A DNA stretch of 64,000 nt from Candidatus Omnitrophota bacterium (GTDB lineage Bacteria; Omnitrophota; Omnitrophia; Omnitrophales; Aquincolibacteriaceae). Of the stretch, positions 19,741-28,751 are shown in pieces. The translations under genes and the position numbers were made by a program. The DNA is taken from NCBI GenBank assembly GCA_030698625.1, contig JAUYMS010000042.1:92150-156149 (forward strand), in the 5' to 3' direction. Every line of letters starts with the position of its first letter. The first letter of the stretch is position 1. A model generated the notes under the pieces. It searched no databases. It was not told where the DNA came from and saw nothing but the letters and a program-made list of their open reading frames with translations.

Positions 19741-20562
19741 TTAAAGAAACCGCTCCAAGAACACGGCTGACTTTTCGAACAACTCTTCCTCATTTTTGTA
19801 GGATAGGATCTGGGAAAGGGCAAGGTCCTGCGCCGCGCGCTCAAGATTCTTTTCCTCACAGAGAACATAAAAGGGTATCGGCTGAACGGTCGGCATGCCC
19901 ATGAGCCGGTTGCGCAGGTTTAATGCGGCGGCCCAGCCCTCGGATGCCGGATCACATTGAGCCAAAACACATGCCGGGTGCGTCCTGATAGCTTGGCCGA
20001 AGGCTTCCTTCTCGTCTAGGGTGAATAGCGGAATAAATTGATGCGCAATGCGGCTTGACTTCATCTTATCCCGGTGATCGTCGCTCCAGCCGAAAAAAAC
20101 AACGTGGTATCGCTGATTCTCGCTCGAACAAGCTTCTGCCGGCTTTGTCGCAGCTTCAGGGCCCGCAGAAACCGGTAACTTTTCCGCATCAATTTCACCC
20201 AGAAACTCACGCACTTTTAAGAGGATATCATCCAGAGAAAAGGGCTTTGGGATAAACGCATACTTCTTCCAGTCCGTAAAGAAATCTTTCATTTTGGGAC
20301 GGCCCGACATAATAATGATGGGAATGTTAAGGACATGGTCGCCCTGCCCCTTCAATTTTTCAAAGACCTGATAGCCCGTCATTTCCGGCATCAACACATC
20401 CATGATAACCAAGTCCGGAATCTCGCGGATGATCGTCTCATAGGCTTCCGCACCGTTGCTCGCCGTAAAGACTTCGTACTGATTTTGCGTCAACCAGTCC
20501 TCGAGAACTGTCTTGATATCCTGCTCGTCATCAACAATAAGTATTTTTTTGCTCATCCCCAT
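19741..20562 (-). CDS. Response regulator (REC domain plus C-terminal domain of unknown function).
   Basis: 273 aa. KILIVDDE...LVIMDVLMPEMTGY. Third paralog, lacking the zinc ribbon. Confidence 0.75.
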   Translation of the reverse strand: MGMSKKILIVDDEQDIKTVLEDWLTQNQYEVFTASNGAEAYETIIREIPDLVIMDVLMPEMTGYQVFEKLKGQGDHVLNIPIIIMSGRPKMKDFFTDWKKYAFIPKPFSLDDILLKVREFLGEIDAEKLPVSAGPEAATKPAEACSSENQRYHVVFFGWSDDHRDKMKSSRIAHQFIPLFTLDEKEAFGQAIRTHPACVLAQCDPASEGWAAALNLRNRLMGMPTVQPIPFYVLCEEKNLERAAQDLALSQILSYKNEEELFEKSAVFLERFL

Positions 20563-20588
20563 GTCCTATCACAAAAAAGCTTAGCATA

Positions 20589-20810
20589 CTACGCTGTGAC
20601 TTCGACCACTTTTTCTTTTGAGCGATGCCCCGATACGAGCGTCAGGCAGGACTTTGGAAGATCGAGATGTCCACTGAGGGCTTCAAGAACGGCCTTGTTA
20701 GCGCGGCCTTCGTTGGGGGATGCTTTCACCCACACTCGGAAGTGCGTCGGATCAACCTCAACAACTCGAACTTGCTTCGCGTTCGGTTTCGTCTGTACAA
20801 ATAATTTCAC
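20589..20810 (-). CDS. DUF167 (YggU-like) small protein.
   Basis: 73 aa. GRANKAVLEALSGHLDLPKSCLTLVSGHRSKEKVV matches the YggU family pattern. Its stop overlaps the HK start. Confidence 0.55.
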   Translation of the reverse strand: MKLFVQTKPNAKQVRVVEVDPTHFRVWVKASPNEGRANKAVLEALSGHLDLPKSCLTLVSGHRSKEKVVEVTA

Positions 20811-22252
20811 GCGACAAGAGTTTGAGTTAACTGGGGAATCACGAATCGAAAAGAACTGCCTTTACCCGGCTCACTTTCCACCCAGATACGGCCGCCGTGG
20901 CGTTCCACAATCTCTTTAGCGATCGCCAAGCCAAGCCCTGTCCCCTGTTGATTCTCAAGCGGGACACTGCTCCCCATGGCAAACTTTTCGAAGATCCGCT
21001 TCTGATCTTTTTCGGAAATGCCGGCGCCGTTGTCCATGACCGCAATCTGCACAAACTCCGTTCTCGTGCCTTGCGCGAGTGCCGGGTCCTTATAGAACAG
21101 TGTGCTTAGCGTCACCGCACCGCCCTTAGGCGTAAATTTAAAGGCGTTTCCGACCAGATTGACGAGCACTTGTTGGAGACGCTCGCGATCAGCTTCGACC
21201 ATGAGGGTTTCATCGTGAATATCCACACTCAAGCGAATCCCTTTGTCCTTTGCCCAGATTTTAAAGCTGGTGACAGTGTCATGGATAAGCTCCACTAACC
21301 GAAAGGGCTCTGTATGGAGCCGCACGGCCCCCGCCTCAAGCCTGGAAAAATCGAGGATGCTGTTGACTAGCTTTTCCAAGCGCACGGCATTACGCGTCGC
21401 GATTGAAAGACAACTACGTTGGTCCTCACTTAAAGCTGTGAGTTCGCCGTCCAAAGCTGCTAAGGACTTCTGAATGCAAATCAGCGGTGCCCGCAGTTCA
21501 TGCGTCACACTGGCAAGAAACTCGGTCTTATAGTCCTCAAGCTCCTTTTTCCCGGTAACTTCCGGGACAACCGAGAACATCCCCATGGTCTGGCCTGATT
21601 CAGTTTCAATGACGGCACTGCTCTCTCTGATGAGTTTTTCGGCCTTAGGATCATTGCTTAGGAGATCAATCGCGGCTGATTCCGATGCTTCCATCCGGTG
21701 CGCAAAGGATATGACCTGGCCCTCCTTCTGCGTAGCACCGATGGGCTTACCCAGCACCTCTTCCTTCTTAACCCCCAGCATTTTCTCGGCCGTTGCGTTC
21801 AGCATCAGGGTTTCCCCTTTCGCATTGACAACAATCACGCCCTCGGAAAGAGAGCGAACAACGGACTCCGTTTGCTTCTTTTCGCGGCCAAGAACCCGGA
21901 AATCCGCCGAGACCTCCTCAACTTTTTGCTCCAACGTCTTAAGGGTTTTATCTTTAGAGCTGATGACATCTTTGTAGGCACCGGCAAGTCTCTTTTCGAT
22001 CTGGTCCGTATTGCGGCTAATCTCGTTGCTCACAAAGCGCCCGACGGCTTCGCTTGCCTTGCCGAGGTTGATTCCGCTGATTTTCAGTTTACTGAGCTCG
22101 CTATGGACGGCCTTTAGGATCTTGGCAGTTTCAGGATCACTTGAGGTAGGGGTAAGCTTCCGGGGATCGGCAGTTCGCTGTGTCAGCAGAAACAGAATGA
22201 CCAAGCAAATCCCGATGACAGACGCCAATATAACGAGTGCCATAGTTCCCAT
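20807..22252 (-). CDS. Sensor histidine kinase (TM anchor, coiled coil, PAS, HisKA, HATPase).
   Basis: 481 aa. H-box SVTHELRAPL, N/G boxes NAFKFT and GTGLGLAIAKEIVERHGG. Confidence 0.85.
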   Translation of the reverse strand: MGTMALVILASVIGICLVILFLLTQRTADPRKLTPTSSDPETAKILKAVHSELSKLKISGINLGKASEAVGRFVSNEISRNTDQIEKRLAGAYKDVISSKDKTLKTLEQKVEEVSADFRVLGREKKQTESVVRSLSEGVIVVNAKGETLMLNATAEKMLGVKKEEVLGKPIGATQKEGQVISFAHRMEASESAAIDLLSNDPKAEKLIRESSAVIETESGQTMGMFSVVPEVTGKKELEDYKTEFLASVTHELRAPLICIQKSLAALDGELTALSEDQRSCLSIATRNAVRLEKLVNSILDFSRLEAGAVRLHTEPFRLVELIHDTVTSFKIWAKDKGIRLSVDIHDETLMVEADRERLQQVLVNLVGNAFKFTPKGGAVTLSTLFYKDPALAQGTRTEFVQIAVMDNGAGISEKDQKRIFEKFAMGSSVPLENQQGTGLGLAIAKEIVERHGGRIWVESEPGKGSSFRFVIPQLTQTLVA

Positions 22253-22289
22253 ATCGCCGCCTATTATAGCAAAAAAAGAGCGAGTCTTT

Positions 22290-22335
22290 GCTCAAATTCG
22301 TTGAAAAAAGGGCGTGTTTTGATAGTATCTCCCCC
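22290..22335 (+). promoter_or_regulatory. Candidate sigma70 promoter for pdxH.
   Basis: TTGAAA, a 16-17-nt spacer, then TAGTAT, upstream of the ATG at 22374. Weak, pattern-only. Confidence 0.2.
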
Positions 22336-22373
22336 TATCTATTTCATTTTGTAAGTTATGTTATGAGGTCCGT

Positions 22374-22994
22374 ATGAAAGCATTAAAAAAGTCGCCTCTT
22401 AGCGAAGCCGCTGCGGGACTGGATCCGGTAGTCCTTTTCGGAAAGTGGTTCCGGCGAGCGGAGCACAGCGGCATCTATAAAGCAAATGCAATGACTCTTG
22501 CGACTGTCGCGGCAGGCGGCAGGGCGGCGACGCGAACCGTTTTATTGAAAAGTCATGACTCCCGTGGGTTCATATTTTTCACCAATTATAGAAGCCAGAA
22601 AGCACGCGAGCTCAAGAGATCGGCAAATGCGAGCCTGCTGTTTCATTGGGCGATTTTGGGCAGACAAGTCCGTATTGACGGCCGCGTAAAAAAAGTCGCG
22701 CGCGCGGAGTCTGAGGCCTACTTTGCAACGCGGCCCCGGGACTATCAGTTGGGCGCATGGGCATCGGACCAAAGCAGCGTCGTTCGAAGCCGTAAAGCCA
22801 TGGACAAACGCATGGATGCGGTCAAGAAGAAATTTTTCGGACGCAGCGTACCCTGCCCCGCGCACTGGGGCGGCTACCGCTTAGCCCCGAAGCGGATGGA
22901 GTTCTGGCAGGAAAGACCGGGAAGATTCCACGACAGACTGCGTTATACGAAGATTAAGACAGACAGATGGCGCCGTGAACGGCTTGCGCCTTAG
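22374..22994 (+). CDS. pdxH: Pyridoxamine 5'-phosphate oxidase.
   Basis: 206 aa. FHWAILGRQVRIDGRV and the C-terminal RLEFWQ signature. Confidence 0.85.
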   Translation: MKALKKSPLSEAAAGLDPVVLFGKWFRRAEHSGIYKANAMTLATVAAGGRAATRTVLLKSHDSRGFIFFTNYRSQKARELKRSANASLLFHWAILGRQVRIDGRVKKVARAESEAYFATRPRDYQLGAWASDQSSVVRSRKAMDKRMDAVKKKFFGRSVPCPAHWGGYRLAPKRMEFWQERPGRFHDRLRYTKIKTDRWRRERLAP

Positions 22995-23527
22995 CCGGAG
23001 GCGTGCCGGAAAAACCAGAGTAGGGCCGTCAGAGACAGTCCGTCATTGATCTTATTTTCATCGATCAATTGCTTCACTTCACCCTGCAATAACCACTTCA
23101 CTTCAGCGACTTCAGCAACATCGTGTAACCCTACGCGCTTGCCGGCGCGGCACTTGATTATATGAAACATTTGATTGCTGATGCCGATCGACGGGTAGTA
23201 GGCAAACAGACTTTCCGCATCCTGAGTCTCATAGCCGGATTCTTCCAAGACCTCACGCCGACCCGTCTGGATCACCGACTCCCCCTTCTCCACACTGCCG
23301 GCAGGGATTTCCCACTCGATGCTATCGATAATATAACGATAGGACCGAATCATGAGTATGCGTTCCTCCTGATCAAGCACCAGTACGCCAACTCCTTCTT
23401 TGGGATAATCGACAACGTGGTGTTCATCGACAATTCGCCCGCCGGGCATTTCCACACGGTCGACATGGAGGTTGACCCATGAGCTCTTGTAGATTGTTTT
23501 TCTTTCGAGCTTTTTAGGAAATGTCAT
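22991..23527 (-). CDS. NUDIX hydrolase.
   Basis: 178 aa. NUDIX box GESVIQTGRREVLEESGYE. Confidence 0.8.
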   Translation of the reverse strand: MTFPKKLERKTIYKSSWVNLHVDRVEMPGGRIVDEHHVVDYPKEGVGVLVLDQEERILMIRSYRYIIDSIEWEIPAGSVEKGESVIQTGRREVLEESGYETQDAESLFAYYPSIGISNQMFHIIKCRAGKRVGLHDVAEVAEVKWLLQGEVKQLIDENKINDGLSLTALLWFFRHASG

Positions 23528-24450
23528 TTGGATGTGCCCGCATTCAAAATAGATTCCAGGGCCTCTCGAAGTTGCGGATGTTTAAAAGGGTAAGCGGCAC
23601 GTTTCAATTTCTCGGGCACCGCGCGCTGTCCCGTCAGGAGCATATCTGACATCTCTCCCAGCATGAGCTTAAGCATGAAGGCCGGCACAGGCGCCCAGGA
23701 TGGGCGATTCATCACCCGGCCCAGGGTGCCGCAAAAATCCTTCATGTTGACCATCTCCGGGGCCGTGACGTTTACGGGACCGGCCAGTTCGGGATGTTCG
23801 AGGGCAAACAAAACGGCGCCTACGACATCGTCGCGATGAACCCAAGGAAACCACTGCTTTCCCGATCCGAGCGGCCCCCCTAAGAAAAATCGGAAAGGCG
23901 GAACGATTTTCGCCATCGCACCTCCGCCCTGCTCAAGCACCACCCCCAACCGAAGCAGGACAACGCGAATCCCAAATTTAGCGACCCCGACGGTTTCGGC
24001 TTCCCATTGCTGACACGTATCTGCGAGAAAACCTTCGCCCTTGGGCCGTTCTTCACCGGCCGCTTCATGATCGACGTTACCGTAATACCCCACCGCAGAC
24101 GCATTGATAAAGACAGCGGGTTTACTGCGGGCTCGCTCTATGGCCTGCGCGAGTGCGGCGACACTCCCGACACGGCTCTGAACAATGCGCTCCTTTTGTG
24201 CACGCGACCATCGTTTGGCTGCAATGGACTCGCCGGTCAAGTTGATTACGGCTCCGGCACCATCCACTTCTTTTGCCCAAGCGCCTGCTCTTTTTGCATC
24301 CCAGGTCACGGTCGCAACCCGGTCGGGGTCAGAATTTTCCGGATGCCCCGGGGTGCGTGTAAGCAGAACGACCCGATGGTCTTCCCGGAGCAAAGCCTCA
24401 AGCAAACTTTTCCCGATAAAACCCGTACCGCCAGCCAAAATGATTTTCAT
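23524..24450 (-). CDS. TIGR01777/YfcH-like NAD-dependent epimerase family protein (DUF1731 C-terminus).
   Basis: MKIILAGGTGFIG Rossmann motif. The start is placed at the internal ATG at 24450 (RBS AAGAGGTGA), not the track's 24519, which would overlap the divergent gene at 24511. Confidence 0.7.
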   Translation of the reverse strand: MKIILAGGTGFIGKSLLEALLREDHRVVLLTRTPGHPENSDPDRVATVTWDAKRAGAWAKEVDGAGAVINLTGESIAAKRWSRAQKERIVQSRVGSVAALAQAIERARSKPAVFINASAVGYYGNVDHEAAGEERPKGEGFLADTCQQWEAETVGVAKFGIRVVLLRLGVVLEQGGGAMAKIVPPFRFFLGGPLGSGKQWFPWVHRDDVVGAVLFALEHPELAGPVNVTAPEMVNMKDFCGTLGRVMNRPSWAPVPAFMLKLMLGEMSDMLLTGQRAVPEKLKRAAYPFKHPQLREALESILNAGTSK

Positions 24451-24510
24451 GTCATCACCTCTTGTGTGTATTATAAGCCCTACCTCAGAGGATGGTAAGG
24501 GTTCTATTCT

Positions 24511-25356
24511 ATGTACCACATGCTAATTGTAGGCGCCGGCTATACCGGATGTGCAGTGACGGAACATTTCCGCCGCAAGAATCAGCGCGTGTGGGCGGTA
24601 GCCCGCAGCGCAAAATACAAAGAGAGAATCGAGTGTTCGGGGGCAGTGCCGGTTATCGCCGATCTAACAAAACCCGAAACCCTCGACGCGCTGCCGCAAG
24701 CGCACTTTATTATTATTTGTGCTGCACCTGACAACCGAGACGCAGAGAGCTACCGGAAAATTTACCTTGAGGGTATCGGCAATCTGCTCAAAGCCCGCCA
24801 AAAACAGCCTCCCCCTTTTCTGATTCTCTACTTATCCAGCACCGGTGTGTACGGTACCGCAATGGAAGGCTGGCTGGATGAGTCGAGCGCCCCTCAGCCT
24901 AATACGGAGCGGGCAAAAATCCTTCTGCAGGCCGAAGAGCTAGTCCTGCACTCCGGTTTCCCGTCCGCGGTATTCCGCCTATCGGGGATCTACGGCCCCG
25001 GCCGGAATCGTATCGTACCGCTTCGTGAAGGCCGGTGGCCGGAACCGGGTGATGATCGATATCTGAACATGATACACCTGGAGGATATTGTCCATGCCAT
25101 CCCGGTATTGCTTAACAAAGCCGAGACCGGACAGATCTATTTGGGAGTGGATGACGAGCCCGTGCTGCAGTCCGAATTGTGCAAGTGGCTGGCACCGCAT
25201 CTGGGCCTTCGCGATTTTGATAAGCACCTTCATTTAAAAACGTCTGCCCGACCCAAGCGTTACCGGAACAATAAATTAAAAAGCCTGGGTTATTCCTTCC
25301 GGTTTCCGACTTTTCGGGAAGGATACCAATCCTTTCTCACTGAAACTCATGGATAA
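24511..25356 (+). CDS. NAD(P)-binding Rossmann-fold protein (SDR/epimerase-like).
   Basis: 281 aa. LIVGAGYTGCAV GxGxxG motif. Confidence 0.6.
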   Translation: MYHMLIVGAGYTGCAVTEHFRRKNQRVWAVARSAKYKERIECSGAVPVIADLTKPETLDALPQAHFIIICAAPDNRDAESYRKIYLEGIGNLLKARQKQPPPFLILYLSSTGVYGTAMEGWLDESSAPQPNTERAKILLQAEELVLHSGFPSAVFRLSGIYGPGRNRIVPLREGRWPEPGDDRYLNMIHLEDIVHAIPVLLNKAETGQIYLGVDDEPVLQSELCKWLAPHLGLRDFDKHLHLKTSARPKRYRNNKLKSLGYSFRFPTFREGYQSFLTETHG

Positions 25357-26095
25357 GAATACGTCCCCTGAAACGGCGTTAAAGCATTTGATCGCTGCAA
25401 GCGATCAAATCGTAATTTTTACGGGGGCCGGGATGTCGACCGAAAGCGGGGTCTCCGATTACCGCTCACAAGGCGGCTTGTGGCAGCGCTATCAGCCCGT
25501 CACGATCCGGGAATTTTTGACGGACGAAGAGAAGCGTCGGGAATACTGGCTGAGAAAAAAGGAGATGTACACCGAGATGCGCCGAGCCAAGCCCAATATC
25601 GGGCACACGGCCATTGCGAAACTTGAGCAAAAAGGAAAACTCCTCGGTGTTATCACTCAGAATATCGACGGACTGCATCAAATGGCGGGAAACAAACATA
25701 TCCTTGAGATTCACGGCACAAACCGCGAGGCGATCTGCTTAGACTGCAACTGCGTCATTCCCTTTGATCCCGTCTTCGCGCGGCTCGCCGGCGGCGAGGA
25801 CATTCCGCTATGCAAAGATTGCGGCGGATTGCTTAAACCCAACACGATCTCTTTCGGTCAGGCCCTGGACCCGGATGTCATCGATAAGGCCTTCGACTGG
25901 GCAAGGCGCTCGGACCTTTTCCTCGCCGTGGGATCCACACTGATCGTTGAGCCGGCGGCTTCGATCCCGAGAGCTGCCAAATCGGCCGGAAAGCCGCTCG
26001 TGATCGTCAACCGCGATCCCACACCGCTGGACGGCATGGCTGATCTTGTAATCTCAGCGACCATCGGCCCCCTGCTCGACACCGTGGTGAAATAA
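25349..26095 (+). CDS. cobB: Sir2-family NAD-dependent protein deacylase.
   Basis: 248 aa. GAGMSTESGVSDYR, QNIDGLH and a CxxC...CxxC zinc module. Confidence 0.85.
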   Translation: MDKNTSPETALKHLIAASDQIVIFTGAGMSTESGVSDYRSQGGLWQRYQPVTIREFLTDEEKRREYWLRKKEMYTEMRRAKPNIGHTAIAKLEQKGKLLGVITQNIDGLHQMAGNKHILEIHGTNREAICLDCNCVIPFDPVFARLAGGEDIPLCKDCGGLLKPNTISFGQALDPDVIDKAFDWARRSDLFLAVGSTLIVEPAASIPRAAKSAGKPLVIVNRDPTPLDGMADLVISATIGPLLDTVVK

Positions 26096-26118
26096 GAAGA
26101 TTTTGATATAATAACCCC

Positions 26119-27135
26119 GTGGAAACAAAACCTTCATTCCGGATCAAAGAAGAAGACCTCCTGGAAAAGCGCATATCGGACCTTGGGCTTCAAATAAGCC
26201 AATCCGTCTTCAGCCCGCTCATTCAAAAGTTGTACCACGAATTGGACCAAAAGGGGCTCGTTTTCCGGCCGCCCTGTTTTCTTGCCGACGAATGGTTTGC
26301 GCCCGTCGGGGTTCCCGCGATCGGCATCCCTTTCTTTCTGGCCCATCCGCGACTTCGCAAACTTGAGCAGAAGATCATTTTGGAAGTCGAGGGAGGCACG
26401 CGCGCAACCTTCATGAAGCTCATCCGCCATGAAGCAGGACATGCCTATTCCTATGCCTACGGTCTTTACAAAAAAAAGCGCTGGCGCAGACTGTTCGGTC
26501 TCGCATCCAAGGAATATCCCGATACTTACAAACCGCGGCCTTACAGTCACTCCTACGTTCAACACCTGGAAAACTGGTATGCCCAAAGTCATCCCGACGA
26601 AGACTTTGCGGAGACATTCGCTGTCTGGCTGACCCCGGGGCTCAATTGGAAAAGGCGTTATCGCGGCTGGAAAGCATTCGGAAAGTTGGAGTATGTCGAC
26701 AAACTCATGAAATCTATCATGGGGAAAAGCCCGCGGGTTCGTCCGCATTTCAATCCGGACGAGTACTCGGGGCTCAGGATAAAGCTTAAAACCTATTACC
26801 GAAATAAGAAGAAACAATGCCAAGAATCTTATCCGGATTTTTACGATAACGATTTAAAAGCACTATTTACGGATGACCCGGATGAGCGTTCCGATACGAA
26901 GGCATACCGCTATTTGACACGATCGCATGAAAAAATATTGCGTTCCGTCGCCTTTTGGACTAAAGAAAAAAAATATACCATCGATCAATTAATGAGAGAC
27001 TTGATTTATCGGTGTCGCGGACTTAATCTATACATCCGAAAAGAAAATGGTCATTTGGATTTTGAAGTGAGCTCCTTTATTACGTCGCTCGTAACCACTT
27101 ACCTTCACACAGGGACGTTCAAACGGTCGAAATGA
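26119..27135 (+). CDS. Hypothetical protein with an HExxH zinc-metallopeptidase-like motif.
   Basis: 338 aa. MKLIRHEAGHAYSY (HEAGH). Its stop overlaps the start of the ATP-grasp gene. Confidence 0.45.
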   Translation: METKPSFRIKEEDLLEKRISDLGLQISQSVFSPLIQKLYHELDQKGLVFRPPCFLADEWFAPVGVPAIGIPFFLAHPRLRKLEQKIILEVEGGTRATFMKLIRHEAGHAYSYAYGLYKKKRWRRLFGLASKEYPDTYKPRPYSHSYVQHLENWYAQSHPDEDFAETFAVWLTPGLNWKRRYRGWKAFGKLEYVDKLMKSIMGKSPRVRPHFNPDEYSGLRIKLKTYYRNKKKQCQESYPDFYDNDLKALFTDDPDERSDTKAYRYLTRSHEKILRSVAFWTKEKKYTIDQLMRDLIYRCRGLNLYIRKENGHLDFEVSSFITSLVTTYLHTGTFKRSK

Positions 27136-28157
27136 AAAAGAGCGGAAAAGAAAGGGTCCTGGTCGTGTGCAATTCTACGGGGCCCACCAAAATTGACCAA
27201 GACTTCTCCAAGGAGCTCAGAACCGAGGACTGGGAAACCGAGAACGACGTCTTGAAGGCCCTAAGGACGCTCGGCCATGATTGCGATCTTCTCGGTGTCT
27301 TTGACAGCACCGACGTCATCACTGAAAAGATCCGCCGGTATTGCCCCAATATCATATTTAACCTGGTCGAGCGCTTCAAGGGAGAAGCCGCCTATGACAG
27401 GGACATCGCTTCTTTCTTCGAGCTTCTCGGAGTGCCGTTCACGGGCTCCGGAACCACCGGCCTGACTCTGAGCAAGAATAAGGGAATTTCCAAGAAGATT
27501 CTCAGCTATCATAAAATACGCGTCCCGGCTTTCGTCATACTTCACCACGGAAAACCGGTTCACAGGCCGAGCCGCCTGCACTTTCCCATCTTTATTAAAC
27601 CCTTGAGCGAAGAAGCCTCCCTCGGAATTTCGCAGGCATCGTTTGTAGAGAATGACGATCAGTTCATCGAGCGCGTAAGATTCATCCACGAAACCATGGG
27701 ACAGGACGCCATCGCAGAGGAGTACATTGACGGAAGAGAGCTCTACGTAAGCGTGCTCGGTAACAAACAGCTTCGCGTCTTCCCCATCCGTGAAATGAAA
27801 TTCTCACAGGTGCCCGAGGACGAACCGAAATTCGCAAGTTACAAGGCCAAATGGGATAAGGCTTACCGGAAACGCTGGGGCATCCGAAATCAGTTTGCCG
27901 GCGGCTTGACAGAGGGGACAGAGGAAAAAATCAAAAAGCTCTGCAGGAAGATCTATCGTTTACTTTGCATCCGCGGTTATGCGCGTTTTGATCTGCGCCT
28001 GACCAGCGAAGACGAGATTGTCTTCATTGAGGCCAACCCTAATCCTATTCTCTCCGAGTGTGAGGATTTTGCGGTGTCTGCCCGTAAGGGAGGCGTCCCC
28101 TACCCGCAAATGATACAGAAGATTCTCAACCTCAGCGTAGCAAGAAATGGGTATTAG
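27132..28157 (+). CDS. ATP-grasp fold ligase (D-Ala-D-Ala ligase/RimK-like).
   Basis: 341 aa. KPLSEEASLGIS, EEYIDGRELYVSVLGN, FDLRLTSEDEIVFIEANPNP, typical of ATP-grasp. Confidence 0.7.
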   Translation: MKKSGKERVLVVCNSTGPTKIDQDFSKELRTEDWETENDVLKALRTLGHDCDLLGVFDSTDVITEKIRRYCPNIIFNLVERFKGEAAYDRDIASFFELLGVPFTGSGTTGLTLSKNKGISKKILSYHKIRVPAFVILHHGKPVHRPSRLHFPIFIKPLSEEASLGISQASFVENDDQFIERVRFIHETMGQDAIAEEYIDGRELYVSVLGNKQLRVFPIREMKFSQVPEDEPKFASYKAKWDKAYRKRWGIRNQFAGGLTEGTEEKIKKLCRKIYRLLCIRGYARFDLRLTSEDEIVFIEANPNPILSECEDFAVSARKGGVPYPQMIQKILNLSVARNGY

Positions 28158-28708
28158 AAAGAAAGCGCGGACGACAGATCCTTTAGAGAGGGGTACTTCT
28201 GATCCTTCGGAGACAGAGTGTATTCGCCGTTGAGCTTGGGCCAGGGAATAGCCAACGCAGGATCATTCCACCGCACGCCCCGTTCGTGTTCCCGCGAATA
28301 GACATCCGTACACTTGTAAAAAACTTCGGTGTCGTCTTCAAGCGTACAAAATCCATGGGCAAACCCTTCCGGGACGTAGAGCATTTTCTTGTTATCTCCG
28401 CTTAGATTTTCGGTCACAAAATCACCATAAGTCTTAGAGCCCCGGCGGATATCCACTGCCACGTCAAAAATTTCTCCCCGAATAACACGAATCAGCTTTC
28501 CCTGCGCCTTGGGAGCCGTCTGGAAATGGAGGCCCCGCAAGACCCCGCGTGCAGAGCGACTCTGATTGTCCTGTATAAACCGCGCAAGGATTCCGTTCTT
28601 TTTGAATTCATCTTCACGATAGGCCTCATAAAAATAGCCGCGGGAATCGCCGTAGATTTTCGGCTCTATGAGAATGACATCGGGAATGGCTAGAGGAATA
28701 AAGTTCAT
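28154..28708 (-). CDS. rfbC: dTDP-4-dehydrorhamnose 3,5-epimerase.
   Basis: 184 aa. DSRGYFYE and QDNQSRSARGVLRGLHFQ cupin motifs. Confidence 0.85.
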   Translation of the reverse strand: MNFIPLAIPDVILIEPKIYGDSRGYFYEAYREDEFKKNGILARFIQDNQSRSARGVLRGLHFQTAPKAQGKLIRVIRGEIFDVAVDIRRGSKTYGDFVTENLSGDNKKMLYVPEGFAHGFCTLEDDTEVFYKCTDVYSREHERGVRWNDPALAIPWPKLNGEYTLSPKDQKYPSLKDLSSALSF

Positions 28709-28751
28709 GAACCGTATGATAAAGACCGTTTAGGAAAAACTCAAGGGGGGA

